From positions 2,431,594-2,495,593 of the forward strand of contig CBDDII010000003.1 in assembly GCA_965228905.1 (NCBI GenBank): a stretch of DNA of 64,000 nucleotides, in the 5' to 3' direction. This DNA is from Paracoccaceae bacterium (GTDB lineage: Bacteria; Pseudomonadota; Alphaproteobacteria; Rhodobacterales; Rhodobacteraceae). The notes under the pieces were generated by a model. It saw nothing but the letters and a program-made list of their open reading frames with translations. It ran no database searches and was not told where the DNA came from. Below, one piece after another: positions 47,548 through 58,025 of this stretch (position 1 is the first letter of the stretch; the number at the start of each line of letters is the position of its first letter). Position numbers and translations under genes: made by a program.

Positions 47548-48696
47548 ATGGGCGCGGCTGCTTGCCACAACTTCCAAGACTTCCGTAAACTGGCCAAGCG
47601 GCGTCTGCCGGGACCGATCTTTCACTACATCGACGGCGCGGCAGATGACGAAATCACCTATCGGCGCAACACCACGGCCTTTGACGATGTCGATCTTGTT
47701 CCGAATGTCCTTGCAGGTGTCGAAGACGTCGACATGAGCGTTGAGGTCATGGGCCAGAAACTGGACATGCCGGTCTATTGCGCCCCCACGGCGCTTCAGC
47801 GCCTGTTTCATTACGACGGAGAGCGTGCGGTTGCGAAGGCGGCGACGAAATACGGAACGATGTTCGGGGTGTCCTCGCTGGCGACCGTGACGGTCGAAGA
47901 GATTTCCAAGCTCGCCCCCGGCCCCAAGATGTTCCAGTTCTACTTTCACAAAGACCGCGGGTTGAATGACGCCTTGCTGGAACGCGCGCGTGCGGCGAAC
48001 TTTCAGGTCATGGCGCTGACGGTCGATACGATCACCGGCGGTAACCGGGAACGCGACCTGCGTACCGGCTTCACCTCTCCGCCGAAACTCACGCCGTCGT
48101 CGCTGTTGAGCTTTGCGACACATCCGATGTGGGCCTGGAATTTCCTGACGAAAGAGAAATTCGACATGCCGCACCTGTCGGGCCATGTCAGCGCGGGAAC
48201 AAATCTTGCGGTTTCCGTGGGCGAATATTTTTCGACCATGCTGGACCAGTCGATGAACTGGAAGGACGCCGAGAAACTCTGCGCCCAGTGGAACGGGCAG
48301 TTCGCCCTGAAAGGCATCATGTCGGTCGAGGATGCAAAACGCGCGGTCGACATCGGCTGCACCGGCATCATGGTATCGAACCACGGCGGTCGGCAGTTGG
48401 ACGGATCGCGCGCGCCTTTCGATCAACTGGCCGAGATCTGCGACGCCGTGGGCGACAAGATCGACGTCATCTGCGAGGGCGGCATTCAGCGAGGCACCCA
48501 TGTCCTGAAGGCACTTTCGGTTGGTGCGAAAGCCTGTTCGGGCGGGCGGTTGTATCTTTATGCCCTTGCAGGAGCCGGTCAGGCCGGGGTCGAAAAGGCG
48601 CTTGGCAACTTCCGCACCGAGATCGAACGCGATATGAAACTGATGGGCATTACGAAACTCGATCAACTGAGCCGGGACAACCTGCGCTGGCGGTAG
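47548..48696 (+). CDS. lldD: FMN-dependent L-lactate dehydrogenase (alpha-hydroxy-acid oxidoreductase family)
   Basis: A TIM-barrel FMN motif family (…SNHGGRQLDG…). The start is chosen at ATG 47548, which has an AAGGAG ribosome-binding site. The track ORF starts at 47533. Confidence 0.85.
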   Translation: MGAAACHNFQDFRKLAKRRLPGPIFHYIDGAADDEITYRRNTTAFDDVDLVPNVLAGVEDVDMSVEVMGQKLDMPVYCAPTALQRLFHYDGERAVAKAATKYGTMFGVSSLATVTVEEISKLAPGPKMFQFYFHKDRGLNDALLERARAANFQVMALTVDTITGGNRERDLRTGFTSPPKLTPSSLLSFATHPMWAWNFLTKEKFDMPHLSGHVSAGTNLAVSVGEYFSTMLDQSMNWKDAEKLCAQWNGQFALKGIMSVEDAKRAVDIGCTGIMVSNHGGRQLDGSRAPFDQLAEICDAVGDKIDVICEGGIQRGTHVLKALSVGAKACSGGRLYLYALAGAGQAGVEKALGNFRTEIERDMKLMGITKLDQLSRDNLRWR

Positions 48697-48702
48697 GCGA
48701 CC

Positions 48703-50394
48703 ATGACACTTTTGCAAGACCAGTTGCGCCAGATCGTTGGCAGTCGTCACGTGCTGACGTCCAAGCGGACGATGCAGCGGTATTGCAAAGGGTATCGCTC
48801 GGGCGGCGGTGAAGCACTCGCCGTGGTGAGGCCCGGTTCGCTGGTCGAACAATGGCGCGTGCTTCAGGCCTGCGTGGCCGCCGATGTGGTCATCATCTTT
48901 CAGGCCGCGAACACGGGGCTGACGGAAGGCTCGGCGCCAAGCGGCACCTATGATCGCGACGCCGTTGTCATCAGCACTACCCGGATGGACAGTATCCACC
49001 TGATCCGGAATGGCACCCAGGTCGTCAGCCTGCCAGGTGCCACCCTGTTCGATCTGGAAAAGCAACTGGCGCCCCTTGGGCGGCAACCGCATTCCGTGAT
49101 CGGCTCGTCCTGCATCGGGGCGTCGATCATGGGCGGGGTCTGCAATAACTCCGGCGGTTCGCTGGTCGAACACGGCCCCTCCTATACCGAGATGTCGATC
49201 TTTGCCCGGATCGACGCGGATGGCCGCCTTGAACTGGTCAACCACCTGGGGCTGTCCCTTGGCGATGACCCCGAAAGCATTCTTGACCGGCTGGATCGCG
49301 GCGCGATTTCGGACAGCGATATCGTGCCGTCCAAAGCGAAAGGCTCGGACACCGATTATGCAACGCGGGTGCGAGATGTCGAAGCCGACACCCCTGCGCG
49401 CTGGAACGCCGATCCCCGCCAGTTGCACGAGTCATCCGGGTGCGCCGGCAAGCTCGCTGTCTTTGCCGTGCGGCTGGACACTTATCCGAAGAACGAGCGC
49501 GAGCAGGTGTTCTACATCGGCGCAAAGGATACTTCGGTTCTGACAAGACTGCGCCGGGATGTGCTGAAGACATTCGAGGTGCTGCCGGTATCGGGCGAAT
49601 ACCTTCATGCCGAGGCTTACGACATCTCGAAGACCTACGGCAAGGACACCCTCGCGCTGATCGACAAGCTGGGTACGGACCGCCTGCCCCTGGTTTTCGC
49701 GATCAAGGGATGGCTGGATGCCCGGTTGAATCCCATCCCGATCCTCCCGCGGAACCTGACAGATCGGGTAATGCAGGGCCTGATGCGCCTTTTCCCGAAC
49801 CTCCTGCCGAAACGGATGGAGGCGTTTCGCGCGCGGTTCGATCACCACCTGATCCTGAAGATGCGCGATGGCGGGATTGCCGAGGCCGAGGCCTGGTTGA
49901 AGGCCAACCTGGATGGAGAAAGCGCGGACTGGTTCGCCTGTTCGGCGCGGGAGGGCAAGATCGCAGGGCTTCATCGCTTTGCCGCTGCGGGGGCTGCGGT
50001 GCGGTACATGGCGGTCAATGAATCCAAGGTTGCCGATATTATCGCACTCGACATTGCCTTGCGCCGAAACGACGAGGAGTGGTTCGAGGTTCTGCCGCCC
50101 GAGATCGAGGAAAAGGTGACCCTGAAACTCTACTACGGGCATTTCTTCTGCCACGTTCTGCACCAGGATTATGTCGTGAAGGCCGGTCACGATCCAAAAG
50201 CCATCAAGGCCGCGATGCTGGAAATCCTCGATCAGCGCGGCGCCAAGTACCCGGCCGAGCATAACGTCGGGCACCTTTATAAGGCCGAACAACCGCTTCA
50301 GGATCACTATCGCACGTGCGATCCTACAAACACGCTAAACCCAGGAATTGGGAAGATGTCAAAGTTGAAGAACTACGCGGAAGCGACTGACTAG
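48703..50394 (+). CDS. dld: Quinone-dependent D-lactate dehydrogenase (Dld-like, FAD-binding)
   Basis: A 563-aa protein with N-terminal similarity to E. coli Dld (…IIFQAANTGLTEGS…). It lies 6 bp after lldD. Confidence 0.75.
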   Translation: MTLLQDQLRQIVGSRHVLTSKRTMQRYCKGYRSGGGEALAVVRPGSLVEQWRVLQACVAADVVIIFQAANTGLTEGSAPSGTYDRDAVVISTTRMDSIHLIRNGTQVVSLPGATLFDLEKQLAPLGRQPHSVIGSSCIGASIMGGVCNNSGGSLVEHGPSYTEMSIFARIDADGRLELVNHLGLSLGDDPESILDRLDRGAISDSDIVPSKAKGSDTDYATRVRDVEADTPARWNADPRQLHESSGCAGKLAVFAVRLDTYPKNEREQVFYIGAKDTSVLTRLRRDVLKTFEVLPVSGEYLHAEAYDISKTYGKDTLALIDKLGTDRLPLVFAIKGWLDARLNPIPILPRNLTDRVMQGLMRLFPNLLPKRMEAFRARFDHHLILKMRDGGIAEAEAWLKANLDGESADWFACSAREGKIAGLHRFAAAGAAVRYMAVNESKVADIIALDIALRRNDEEWFEVLPPEIEEKVTLKLYYGHFFCHVLHQDYVVKAGHDPKAIKAAMLEILDQRGAKYPAEHNVGHLYKAEQPLQDHYRTCDPTNTLNPGIGKMSKLKNYAEATD

Positions 50395-50429
50395 GCTTTA
50401 TTTTCATAAACCCAAAACTACCCGAAAAC

Positions 50430-52076
50430 TCACGGTCGCCCAACCGGCTGAAGATCGCTGAATGCCTTTCCGGTCGCCGTTTCGTACTCTCCTTCGTCCC
50501 AGAACCCGATCAGGATGCCGGTTTCGGCCGCACGTTTCTGGCGGGCCAGCACCTCGGGCGAGGCGGTGATCCTAGTGTGATGGCGCGTCGCCCAGTCAAG
50601 AAGGGCCGCCTCCATCCGCGTGCGCACCGCGACATGTTCGGGGACGTCCGAAGCGCCGATGTCGCAAAGCTCGTCCGGATCGCTTTCCAGATCGAAAAGC
50701 ACCGGGCGAAAGCCTTCGCAGCGGATGTACTTCCAGCGGCCATCGAAGATCATCGTGGTGTGCGCCTCTTCCTGAGGCTGATCCAGCGTGCGGGCCATGT
50801 CGGACCAGTGGTAATCGTGTTCGCTGATGACGTAATTCCGGGAGAAACCGTCTTTGCCGTGCAGTAGCGGTGTCAGGTCGCGACCTTCGATGATGTGCGG
50901 TTTCGCCTTGCAACCAAGCGCATTCATGAAGGTCGGGGCAAGGTCGATCATCTCGACCAAATCGTCGGCGGAACAGCCTCGGCTGGCATTTGCCTCCGGA
51001 CGCGGGTCGGCGATGATAAGCGGCACTTTCACCGCCACCTCGTGATAGAAATCCTTGTCCCCCATCCAGTGGTCGCCCATGTAGTCGCCGTGATCCGAAG
51101 TGACGACGATGATCGTATTCTCGCTGAGCCCCTTTTCGTCCATCCATGCAAAGAGCCGCCCGAGGTTGTCGTCCAACTGCTTGATCAGCCCCATGTAGGC
51201 GGGAATGACGTGTTCGCGGACGTGATCGCGCGAAAAGCTCTGACAAACCCTTGCCGCGTGATAGGCCTGCATCAGAGGATGGCCAGTCTGGCGCTCGGCA
51301 TCCGATCGCACGGGCGGGACGATGTGACGTTCATCGTACATGTCGTGATAAGGCGCGGGCACGATATAGGGCCAGTGCGGCTTGATGTAGGACAGGTGGC
51401 ACATCCAGGGCCGGCCGTCCGCCATCGCGTCTTCCATGAAGTCCATGGCGCGGTTGGTCATATAGGCCGTTTCGGAATGTTCTTCGGGGACGTTGGCGGC
51501 AAGGCGCGAGTTCTTCAACAGCCATGCAGAAAGAAGATCGCCGTTTTCATCGACGCCGGAATTGGCAAAATCCTCCCAGGGGTTGTCCGACGCATACCCC
51601 TGCGAAACGAGGTAATCATCATAGGCCGACCAATTCTGGCGCGGACTGTCGGGATGCAGGCCATCATCCCTTTCGAAAGGCTCAAAGCCGCATTCCGACA
51701 CACGTACGCCAATTTCGCTGCTTGGCGGGATTCCAAGCCGCGCCATGCCTTCAATGTCAGCCGTCATATGGGTCTTGCCGACAAGAACCGCCCGCGCCCC
51801 CGCTTCGCGCAGATGGTCGCCCAGGGTCGGTTCGCCGATGCGCAGCGGCATACCGTTCCAGGTGGAACCATGACTGCGGACGTAACGCCCCGTATAGGCC
51901 GACATCCGCGAAGGGCCGCAGACCGGGGATTGCACGTAGGCGTTGGTGAACTTGACCCCCCTATCAGCAAGGGCGTCGATATGCGGCGTGTGAAGATGCG
52001 GATGGCCATAGCAACTGAGATAGTCGAACCGAAGCTGATCGGCCATGATCCAGAGCACATTCGGACGGTCGCTCAT
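50430..52076 (-). CDS. Sulfatase-family hydrolase (arylsulfatase / choline-sulfatase-like)
   Basis: The N-terminal sulfatase signature MADQLRFDYLSCYGHP…CGPSRMS (a C-x-P-x-R formylglycine motif). Confidence 0.8.
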   Translation of the reverse strand: MSDRPNVLWIMADQLRFDYLSCYGHPHLHTPHIDALADRGVKFTNAYVQSPVCGPSRMSAYTGRYVRSHGSTWNGMPLRIGEPTLGDHLREAGARAVLVGKTHMTADIEGMARLGIPPSSEIGVRVSECGFEPFERDDGLHPDSPRQNWSAYDDYLVSQGYASDNPWEDFANSGVDENGDLLSAWLLKNSRLAANVPEEHSETAYMTNRAMDFMEDAMADGRPWMCHLSYIKPHWPYIVPAPYHDMYDERHIVPPVRSDAERQTGHPLMQAYHAARVCQSFSRDHVREHVIPAYMGLIKQLDDNLGRLFAWMDEKGLSENTIIVVTSDHGDYMGDHWMGDKDFYHEVAVKVPLIIADPRPEANASRGCSADDLVEMIDLAPTFMNALGCKAKPHIIEGRDLTPLLHGKDGFSRNYVISEHDYHWSDMARTLDQPQEEAHTTMIFDGRWKYIRCEGFRPVLFDLESDPDELCDIGASDVPEHVAVRTRMEAALLDWATRHHTRITASPEVLARQKRAAETGILIGFWDEGEYETATGKAFSDLQPVGRP

Positions 52077-52582
52077 TCCGCCGCCTCCAGTTTCAGGATT
52101 TCATCGGCAGGAACATGCAGAAACTCTTCCAACCGGTTGAGCAAAGTAATGAAACTGCGAAGCTCCTCTTCGGTCATGGCCTCGCGCAGGGCGGCCCGGC
52201 GACGCGCCATGAAGGGAGCGGCAGTTTCATAGGCAGCACGACCCGCGCTCGTGATCTGGACCACCGTCTGGCGCTTGTCGGTTTCGTCCCGCTCCATCGT
52301 GATGAAGCCTTTCTTCCGCATCGCTGGCAGGGCCCGGCTTAACAGCGAATGATCCGCCCGCTGGATCACCGACAGATCGCGAATCGTCATTGGCCCGCCT
52401 TCGCAGAGATCCCAAAGTGTGCGCCACTCGACGATGGACAGCCCCCCGCCGCGCTTCAGAAATTGCAGGCCCTGGGTGCGGGAAGCGGCATAGACCGCCG
52501 GTAGGCGCGAAAAGACGTTCAGCTCTTCGTTGGCCCGCCGGTCACGAATGCGTTCCGGGTTGATCTCTGCTTTGTCGGTCAT
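52073..52582 (-). CDS. MarR-family transcriptional regulator
   Basis: A winged helix-turn-helix (LSIVEWRTLWDLCEGGPMTIRDLS…DKRQTVV). It overlaps the sulfatase start by 4 bp. The start could be the upstream ATG at 52636. Confidence 0.7.
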   Translation of the reverse strand: MTDKAEINPERIRDRRANEELNVFSRLPAVYAASRTQGLQFLKRGGGLSIVEWRTLWDLCEGGPMTIRDLSVIQRADHSLLSRALPAMRKKGFITMERDETDKRQTVVQITSAGRAAYETAAPFMARRRAALREAMTEEELRSFITLLNRLEEFLHVPADEILKLEAAE

Positions 52583-52720
52583 TGCTTTCCTCCACAGCCC
52601 TGATAAAGCCCGAAAAAATAATACGTGACAAGTCATATTATTTCTGCAACCGTATTAGCCATGCCCCGCGACAAGGGGTGACCGCCTGTGGGAGACGGCG
52701 GTGAAACAGGGAGGAAACAC

Positions 52721-53776
52721 ATGCTTCGCAAGACGATCTTTGGCGGGATTCTGGCGCTGACGCCGCTTGCCGCGACGGCCCAGACCACGCTGACGGCGGA
52801 AACCACGACACCCGGCTCGACGCCGCATTACATCGATTCCACGCTCGCTGCCGTTCTCGACAGCGCAGGCGTTGCCACCATGCAGATCACCGAGGGCGCG
52901 ACCCTGACCAACTCTGTCCAGGCCGTTGCCGAAGGGCGGCTGGACATGGCCCCTGCGCCCCTGATCCTGCCCTTCCTTCTGTCGCGTGGCATCGGCCCCT
53001 ATAGCGGGATCGGCCCGGAAAAGGGTGCCGAGCTTGCAGGGAACATCCGTGTACTCTTCTTCAATGCCGGATCGGCGCAGATGCTGGGCTATTACAACTC
53101 GAACCCGGTCGAGGATATTCGCGATCTTACGGGCAAGCGCATCTGGAACGGTCCGCCGCGCGGCGCGGCCCTGACCTCGGGGCGTGCGATGATTCAGCTT
53201 TTGTCCGGCCTGAAGGATGGCGAAGGCTATGAAGGCGTGCAGACCCCCTGGCCGGACACGGTGTCCTCGATCACCGGCGGTTCGGTCGACGCATGGACCA
53301 TTCCCGAGGGCCTGCCCTCCGGGCGCCAGATTTCAATCGCTGCTGCCGGTGGAATCACGATCCACGATGTGCCGTCCGACTTGCTGGCAAGCGAGTTGGG
53401 ACAGCAAATCCTGGCAGCCCCCGGTCACGCGCCCTATTCGGTGCCGATCGAGGATTTCCGCAACGCCTATGCAGGCAACGACATCACCGTTGTCGTGGAC
53501 GACGACAGCTTTGACAGCTTTGCCACCGCCTTTGGCCAGATCGTTCCCGCAACACTGGACGAAGAGCTCGCCTACGCCATCACCAAGGCCTACCTCGAAG
53601 GCGAAAGCCGGTTTGTCGAAGGCTCGCCGCGCGGCCCATTCGTACGGTTGAGCTTTGGCGATATCGACGGGGTCAGCCAGGGCGCTTGCGGGGCCGTGCA
53701 GATCAAGATGCACCCCGGCGCGATCCGCGCCTTCGAGGATGCCGGCCACTCGGTCGCCGACTGCCTGCGCCCCTGA
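52721..53776 (+). CDS. TAXI-family TRAP transporter solute-binding protein
   Basis: A signal peptide and TAXI-type SBP composition. It is followed directly by a fused TRAP permease. Confidence 0.7.
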   Translation: MLRKTIFGGILALTPLAATAQTTLTAETTTPGSTPHYIDSTLAAVLDSAGVATMQITEGATLTNSVQAVAEGRLDMAPAPLILPFLLSRGIGPYSGIGPEKGAELAGNIRVLFFNAGSAQMLGYYNSNPVEDIRDLTGKRIWNGPPRGAALTSGRAMIQLLSGLKDGEGYEGVQTPWPDTVSSITGGSVDAWTIPEGLPSGRQISIAAAGGITIHDVPSDLLASELGQQILAAPGHAPYSVPIEDFRNAYAGNDITVVVDDDSFDSFATAFGQIVPATLDEELAYAITKAYLEGESRFVEGSPRGPFVRLSFGDIDGVSQGACGAVQIKMHPGAIRAFEDAGHSVADCLRP

Positions 53777-53835
53777 CATTCTCCTCTCAGGCGATGCGGC
53801 CGTGACCCAGGCCGCATCGCAAACTGGAGCCTGAA

Positions 53836-56136
53836 ATGACCGAACAGACAGCTTCCCGGCCCTTGGGCCAGCGCATCGCCTATGTCCTGGCTTTCCTTCT
53901 GGTCATCGTCGGGATGGTCAACACGATGCCCGAGATTCCGGGGCTTCAGAACTGGGCCCGCGAAATCACAGGGCAGCCGTTCTTTCGGGTTTCCGGCTTT
54001 CAACCAGAGTTTTTCTACCCGCCTGTCTTCTTCGTCATGATGCTGATCGTTGCGCTGAATTCCAGCGTCTACCGGTCCATGAAAGTAGAGAAACCGCGTC
54101 GCGCGTGGAAGGGCCTGTTGCTGGATGGCGGGCTGATCCTTGCGGCTTTCCTCGGGGCCTTCGGATATCTTGTCGAGATCGACTCTGTCTGCCTGATCGA
54201 CCAGATCACAGGCGAGCGTGCGAGACTGGTGCAAGAGGCGCTGGAGCGGTCCGAGGGCGTCATACCCGGCATATCCTTTGAAGCGGAAGTACCGGCCTGT
54301 CAGGCGCGATTCGGGATCTGGATCATCCCCTTGTTGTTCATCATCATCACGCTGTTCTTCCTGTATAACGTGCGGGTCTGGGGCCTGCCGCTGGTGATCG
54401 TGGCCAGCATCGTCGTGTTGTATACGGTCGGCACCGCGCTGATCTGGATGTTCGATCTTTCCGACAACAACTTCCTTTTGACCAAGCTTGGTGCCGATGG
54501 CGGCGATGTCCGCGCGGCGGCGATCCAGAAGGCCACCAACGTCTTTATCACGCCGGACGGTTTCATGGGCCGGTTCATGGATATCGTCGTGAACCAGGTC
54601 TTCCCTTATGTCATCCTAGGTGCACTGTTCGGTTCCAGCGCAGGCGGCACCTCGCTGATCAAGCTCGCGGTGCGCCTGACCCGTCGGCTTCGAGGAGGTC
54701 CGGCCCACGCCGCAATCGTGTCGTCCGCCATGTTCGGGACGATCACCGGCGGCCCGGTGACCAACGTTCTTTCGACCGGGCGATTGACCATCCCGATGAT
54801 GCAGCGCAACGGTTTCTCGCCACAGTTCGCGGGTGGCGTCGAAGCGGCGGCGTCTTCCGGCGGACAGATCATGCCCCCGGTCATGGGGGTCGCCGCCTTC
54901 GTCCTCGTCGCGCTGACGGCAGTGCCCTACACCAAGGTCATCACCGCGGCCTTCCTGCCCGCCATGTTCTTTTTCTTCTCGATCTTCCTGGCCGTCATGT
55001 TCCAGGCCCGGCGCGAAAAGGTCGAGGCGATGCGTGACATCCCCGAGGACCTGGTGATGGAGCGGCAGGACTGGTCGAACCTTGTCATCATCTTCCTGCC
55101 GATCCTGACGATCCTGTTCCTGCTTCTGGGCAACAAGGACGCGATCAGCACCGGGTTCCTCTCGGCCATTCTGCCCGGCGGCGTGACGCAGACCATCGTC
55201 AATGCCACCGGCGATGCGGTGTCTGCCGGCTGGTGGGCGGTCGCGATTCTTGTGCCACTCTTGTTCCTCGATGCGGAGACCCGCGCCAAACCCGCAAAGG
55301 TGCTGACCGCGCTGGCCGAAGGCGGGATATTGCTGTCGGGCCTTTTCCTGTTGCTGTTCGCCGTCTCGATCATCTCGGCCTTTCTGAACGAAAGCGGGCT
55401 GACCGGGGAAATAACCCGCGCGGTCACGTCCTGGCTGGAGCAGGCGCAGTTGATCCGGTTGTTCGGGTTCGAAATCCACATCGTCGGCGGTGTCTACCTG
55501 ATGCTGGCGCTGTTTTGCGCCATGCTGTGCGCGATCCTTCTGGGCATGGGGATGCCCACGGTTCCGGCCTATGTGAACGTTGCCCTGCTGCTGGGCCCCC
55601 TGCTGGCCAATCTCGGCGTCAGCTTTTTCACGGCCCATATGTTCGTCTTCTATTTCGCCGTTGCTTCTGCCATCACGCCGCCGGTTGCCATCGCGGCCTT
55701 CGCCGCCGCGTCGATCACCAAGACCGAGCCGATGCGCACGGGCATTGCCGCCGTGCGCGTCGGGATCGTGCTCTTCACGATCCCCTTCGTCTTTGCATGG
55801 TATCCCGAGCTTTTGCTGATCGAGGAGGCGGTCACCATCACCGACGAGACGGGCCGAAAGGCACTGATCGAGGGCTACAGCGGCGAAGTCGCCTTAGGGG
55901 CCCTGACATTTCTTGGTCTTAGGTTGATCCTTGCGCTCTATCTCATCGCCTCGGCGCTTACGCGGTTCGATCAGGCCCCGATGGCGCGATGGGAAGTTGC
56001 ATCGCGGCTTCTTGTGGCCATCCTTGTTCTTTGGAAGACTACACCGGTCATGTTCGCCGGGATCGTCCTTGCCCTTCTCATCATAGGTTTCCATGTCCTC
56101 AATGCCCGAAGAAACGCCGCCGTCACCACCGCTTGA
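53836..56136 (+). CDS. TRAP transporter fused permease (TAXI-type, DctQ-DctM fusion)
   Basis: A 766-aa protein with more than 16 predicted TM helices, adjacent to the TAXI SBP. Confidence 0.8.
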   Translation: MTEQTASRPLGQRIAYVLAFLLVIVGMVNTMPEIPGLQNWAREITGQPFFRVSGFQPEFFYPPVFFVMMLIVALNSSVYRSMKVEKPRRAWKGLLLDGGLILAAFLGAFGYLVEIDSVCLIDQITGERARLVQEALERSEGVIPGISFEAEVPACQARFGIWIIPLLFIIITLFFLYNVRVWGLPLVIVASIVVLYTVGTALIWMFDLSDNNFLLTKLGADGGDVRAAAIQKATNVFITPDGFMGRFMDIVVNQVFPYVILGALFGSSAGGTSLIKLAVRLTRRLRGGPAHAAIVSSAMFGTITGGPVTNVLSTGRLTIPMMQRNGFSPQFAGGVEAAASSGGQIMPPVMGVAAFVLVALTAVPYTKVITAAFLPAMFFFFSIFLAVMFQARREKVEAMRDIPEDLVMERQDWSNLVIIFLPILTILFLLLGNKDAISTGFLSAILPGGVTQTIVNATGDAVSAGWWAVAILVPLLFLDAETRAKPAKVLTALAEGGILLSGLFLLLFAVSIISAFLNESGLTGEITRAVTSWLEQAQLIRLFGFEIHIVGGVYLMLALFCAMLCAILLGMGMPTVPAYVNVALLLGPLLANLGVSFFTAHMFVFYFAVASAITPPVAIAAFAAASITKTEPMRTGIAAVRVGIVLFTIPFVFAWYPELLLIEEAVTITDETGRKALIEGYSGEVALGALTFLGLRLILALYLIASALTRFDQAPMARWEVASRLLVAILVLWKTTPVMFAGIVLALLIIGFHVLNARRNAAVTTA

Positions 56137-56176
56137 GTTTGCCTGTCGACTTGAAGTCGAACTGGCCCCGATCCGG

Positions 56177-56575
56177 GAAATGGGACCTGGTCGCGCCGGA
56201 CAAAGGCGCATCATTCCCATCATCGGCGGTACGGTTACCGGCCCGCTGTTGAAAGGGCGCATCCTGAACCTTGGTGCGGACTGGCAGACGATCTTCGCCA
56301 ATGATACTGCCGAACTCGATACACGCTATGCCTTCGAGACAGACGATGGTGCGCTGATCGAGATCCAGAACTACGGCTTTCGCCACGGCCCGCCCGAGGT
56401 GGTTGCGGCCTTGGCCAAGGGCGAGGCGGTGCCGCCCGACAGCTACTACATGCGGACCTTTGCACGTCTGGAAACTGGGGATCAAACCCATGCCTGGGTC
56501 AACAGCACGATCTTCGTCGGGACCGGCCAACGCCAGCAATCAAGGGTGATCGTGGATCTGTTCGCGGTGCGGTAA
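56177..56575 (+). CDS. DUF3237-family protein
   Basis: The RRIIPIIGGTVTGPLLKGRILNLGADWQ motif. The start is uncertain: ATGs at 56093 or 56102 would overlap the permease 3' end by about 40 nt. Confidence 0.5.
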   Translation, partial: EMGPGRAGQRRIIPIIGGTVTGPLLKGRILNLGADWQTIFANDTAELDTRYAFETDDGALIEIQNYGFRHGPPEVVAALAKGEAVPPDSYYMRTFARLETGDQTHAWVNSTIFVGTGQRQQSRVIVDLFAVR

Positions 56576-56587
56576 GCGACTGAAAAG

Positions 56588-56663
56588 ATGGTGCCCCCAG
56601 AGAGACTCGAACTCCCGACCCTCTGATTACAAATCAGATGCTCTACCAGCTGAGCTATAGGGG
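56588..56663 (-). tRNA. tRNA-Thr (anticodon UGU), CCA encoded
   Basis: A hand-folded cloverleaf: acceptor stem GCCCCUA/UGGGGGC (one G-U), anticodon loop UUUGUAA, T-arm GGGAG-UUCGAGU-CUCUC. Confidence 0.85.
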
Positions 56664-56776
56664 CACGCGGGATCATGTAGCAATGCAACACGGCCAGAGC
56701 AAGCCTTGGGTGTGCGGGTTTCCTCGACTTTTGTGGCGGTCTATCCTTTGGCCCGAGGCAGTTGAGGCAGGACGGC

Positions 56777-57643
56777 ATGGAAATCGTTTTCCATTTGGGT
56801 GCGCATTGCACGGACGACGGGCTTTTGATCCGTTCGATCCTGAAGAACCGCGCGCGTCTGGCCGAAGAAGGCATCGGCGTTCCCGGCCCCAGCCGATACC
56901 GCGAATTGCTGGGCGAGGCATCGACCGCCCTGCGCGGCGATCCGGCGGATGAAGAGACGGAAAAGAGCCTGCTGGACGCTATCTGCGACGACGAAACCGC
57001 CGAGCGTGTTGTGCTTTCCAGTGAGAATTTTCTCTGCCGCGCCGATGTCGTTCTGGCGGAAGACGGGCTTTACCCCAAGGCCGCGAAATCGGCCTGGTTG
57101 CGTCAATGCCTTCCCTCTCACCGGGCGAGTTTCGCAATGGCATTGCGCAACCCCGCCACCTTTGTGCCCGAGCTTTTGATGCAGATCGGACAGGGCGAAG
57201 AGGCATTGGACGAGGTTTCGATCACCGATCTTCTGTGGTCGGATGTCCTGGCCGACATCGCCGTCGCCAATCCCGGATGCAGGCTGATTGCGTGGTGCCA
57301 CGAAGACACCCCGTTCATCTGGTCCGAAATCATCCGCGAGATCACCGGGCACGATCCGTTCACCGAAATCGACGGCGAATTCGATATGCTGGATCGCATC
57401 ATCAGTGCAGATGGCATGACCCGACTGGTCGATTTCCTGGAAGCCCGCCAGGTAACCAGCCAATCCAAACGGAGGAAGGCAGTCGCGGCTTTTCTTGAAG
57501 CCCACGCAATCGAGGATGCGGTTGAAACCGAGATTGACCTGCCCGGATGGACTTCGGACACCATCGACATGCTGACCGAAATCTATGAAGACGACCTGGA
57601 ACGCATCTCCGCCATGCCCGAGGTGACGCTGATCACCCCGTAA
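56777..57643 (+). CDS. Hypothetical cytoplasmic protein (289 aa, acidic)
   Basis: A clean ORF with no family recognised by eye. Confidence 0.5.
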   Translation: MEIVFHLGAHCTDDGLLIRSILKNRARLAEEGIGVPGPSRYRELLGEASTALRGDPADEETEKSLLDAICDDETAERVVLSSENFLCRADVVLAEDGLYPKAAKSAWLRQCLPSHRASFAMALRNPATFVPELLMQIGQGEEALDEVSITDLLWSDVLADIAVANPGCRLIAWCHEDTPFIWSEIIREITGHDPFTEIDGEFDMLDRIISADGMTRLVDFLEARQVTSQSKRRKAVAAFLEAHAIEDAVETEIDLPGWTSDTIDMLTEIYEDDLERISAMPEVTLITP

Positions 57644-57649
57644 GCTGGA

Positions 57650-57907
57650 TCACATCCCAAGCGCCTCCTTGTACATGTCCAGCACCGCTTCTTCTTCGGC
57701 GATGTCGTCCTTGTCGCGTTTGCGAAGCGCGATGACCTTGCGCATGACCTTGGTGTCATAGCCACGCCCCTTGGCTTCGGCCATCACTTCTTTCTGCTGG
57801 TCCGCGATGTCTTTCTTTTCGGCCTCAAGCCGTTCGAAACGTTCGATAAACTGGCGAAGTTCGTCGGCGGTGACGCGATAGCTCTGGTCAGTTGCGCTGT
57901 CGTCCAT
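57650..57907 (-). CDS. gapR: GapR-like nucleoid-associated protein (DUF2312/UPF0335)
   Basis: The sequence ADELRQFIERFERLEAEKKDIADQQKEVMAEAKGRGYDTKVMRKVIALRKRDKDDIAEEEAVLDMYKEALGM closely matches the GapR family. The start is at MDDSATD. Confidence 0.7.
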   Translation of the reverse strand: MDDSATDQSYRVTADELRQFIERFERLEAEKKDIADQQKEVMAEAKGRGYDTKVMRKVIALRKRDKDDIAEEEAVLDMYKEALGM

Positions 57908-58025
57908 GGGGGCGGTACTCTCTCTTGCTGGAAGCGTTCGATACCGCCCCCGTGCCAGCCTTGCAAGGGTTGATCCCAAGGCCGGGGCGCATTAGGCGGG
58001 GGCTGGCTGAAAGAAGGGGCGGAGC

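Noticed and set aside
47506-49428. A 640-aa minus-strand ORF spanning lldD and dld
   Set aside because: It is antisense to two well-supported genes with clear motifs, and its own translation is low-complexity.
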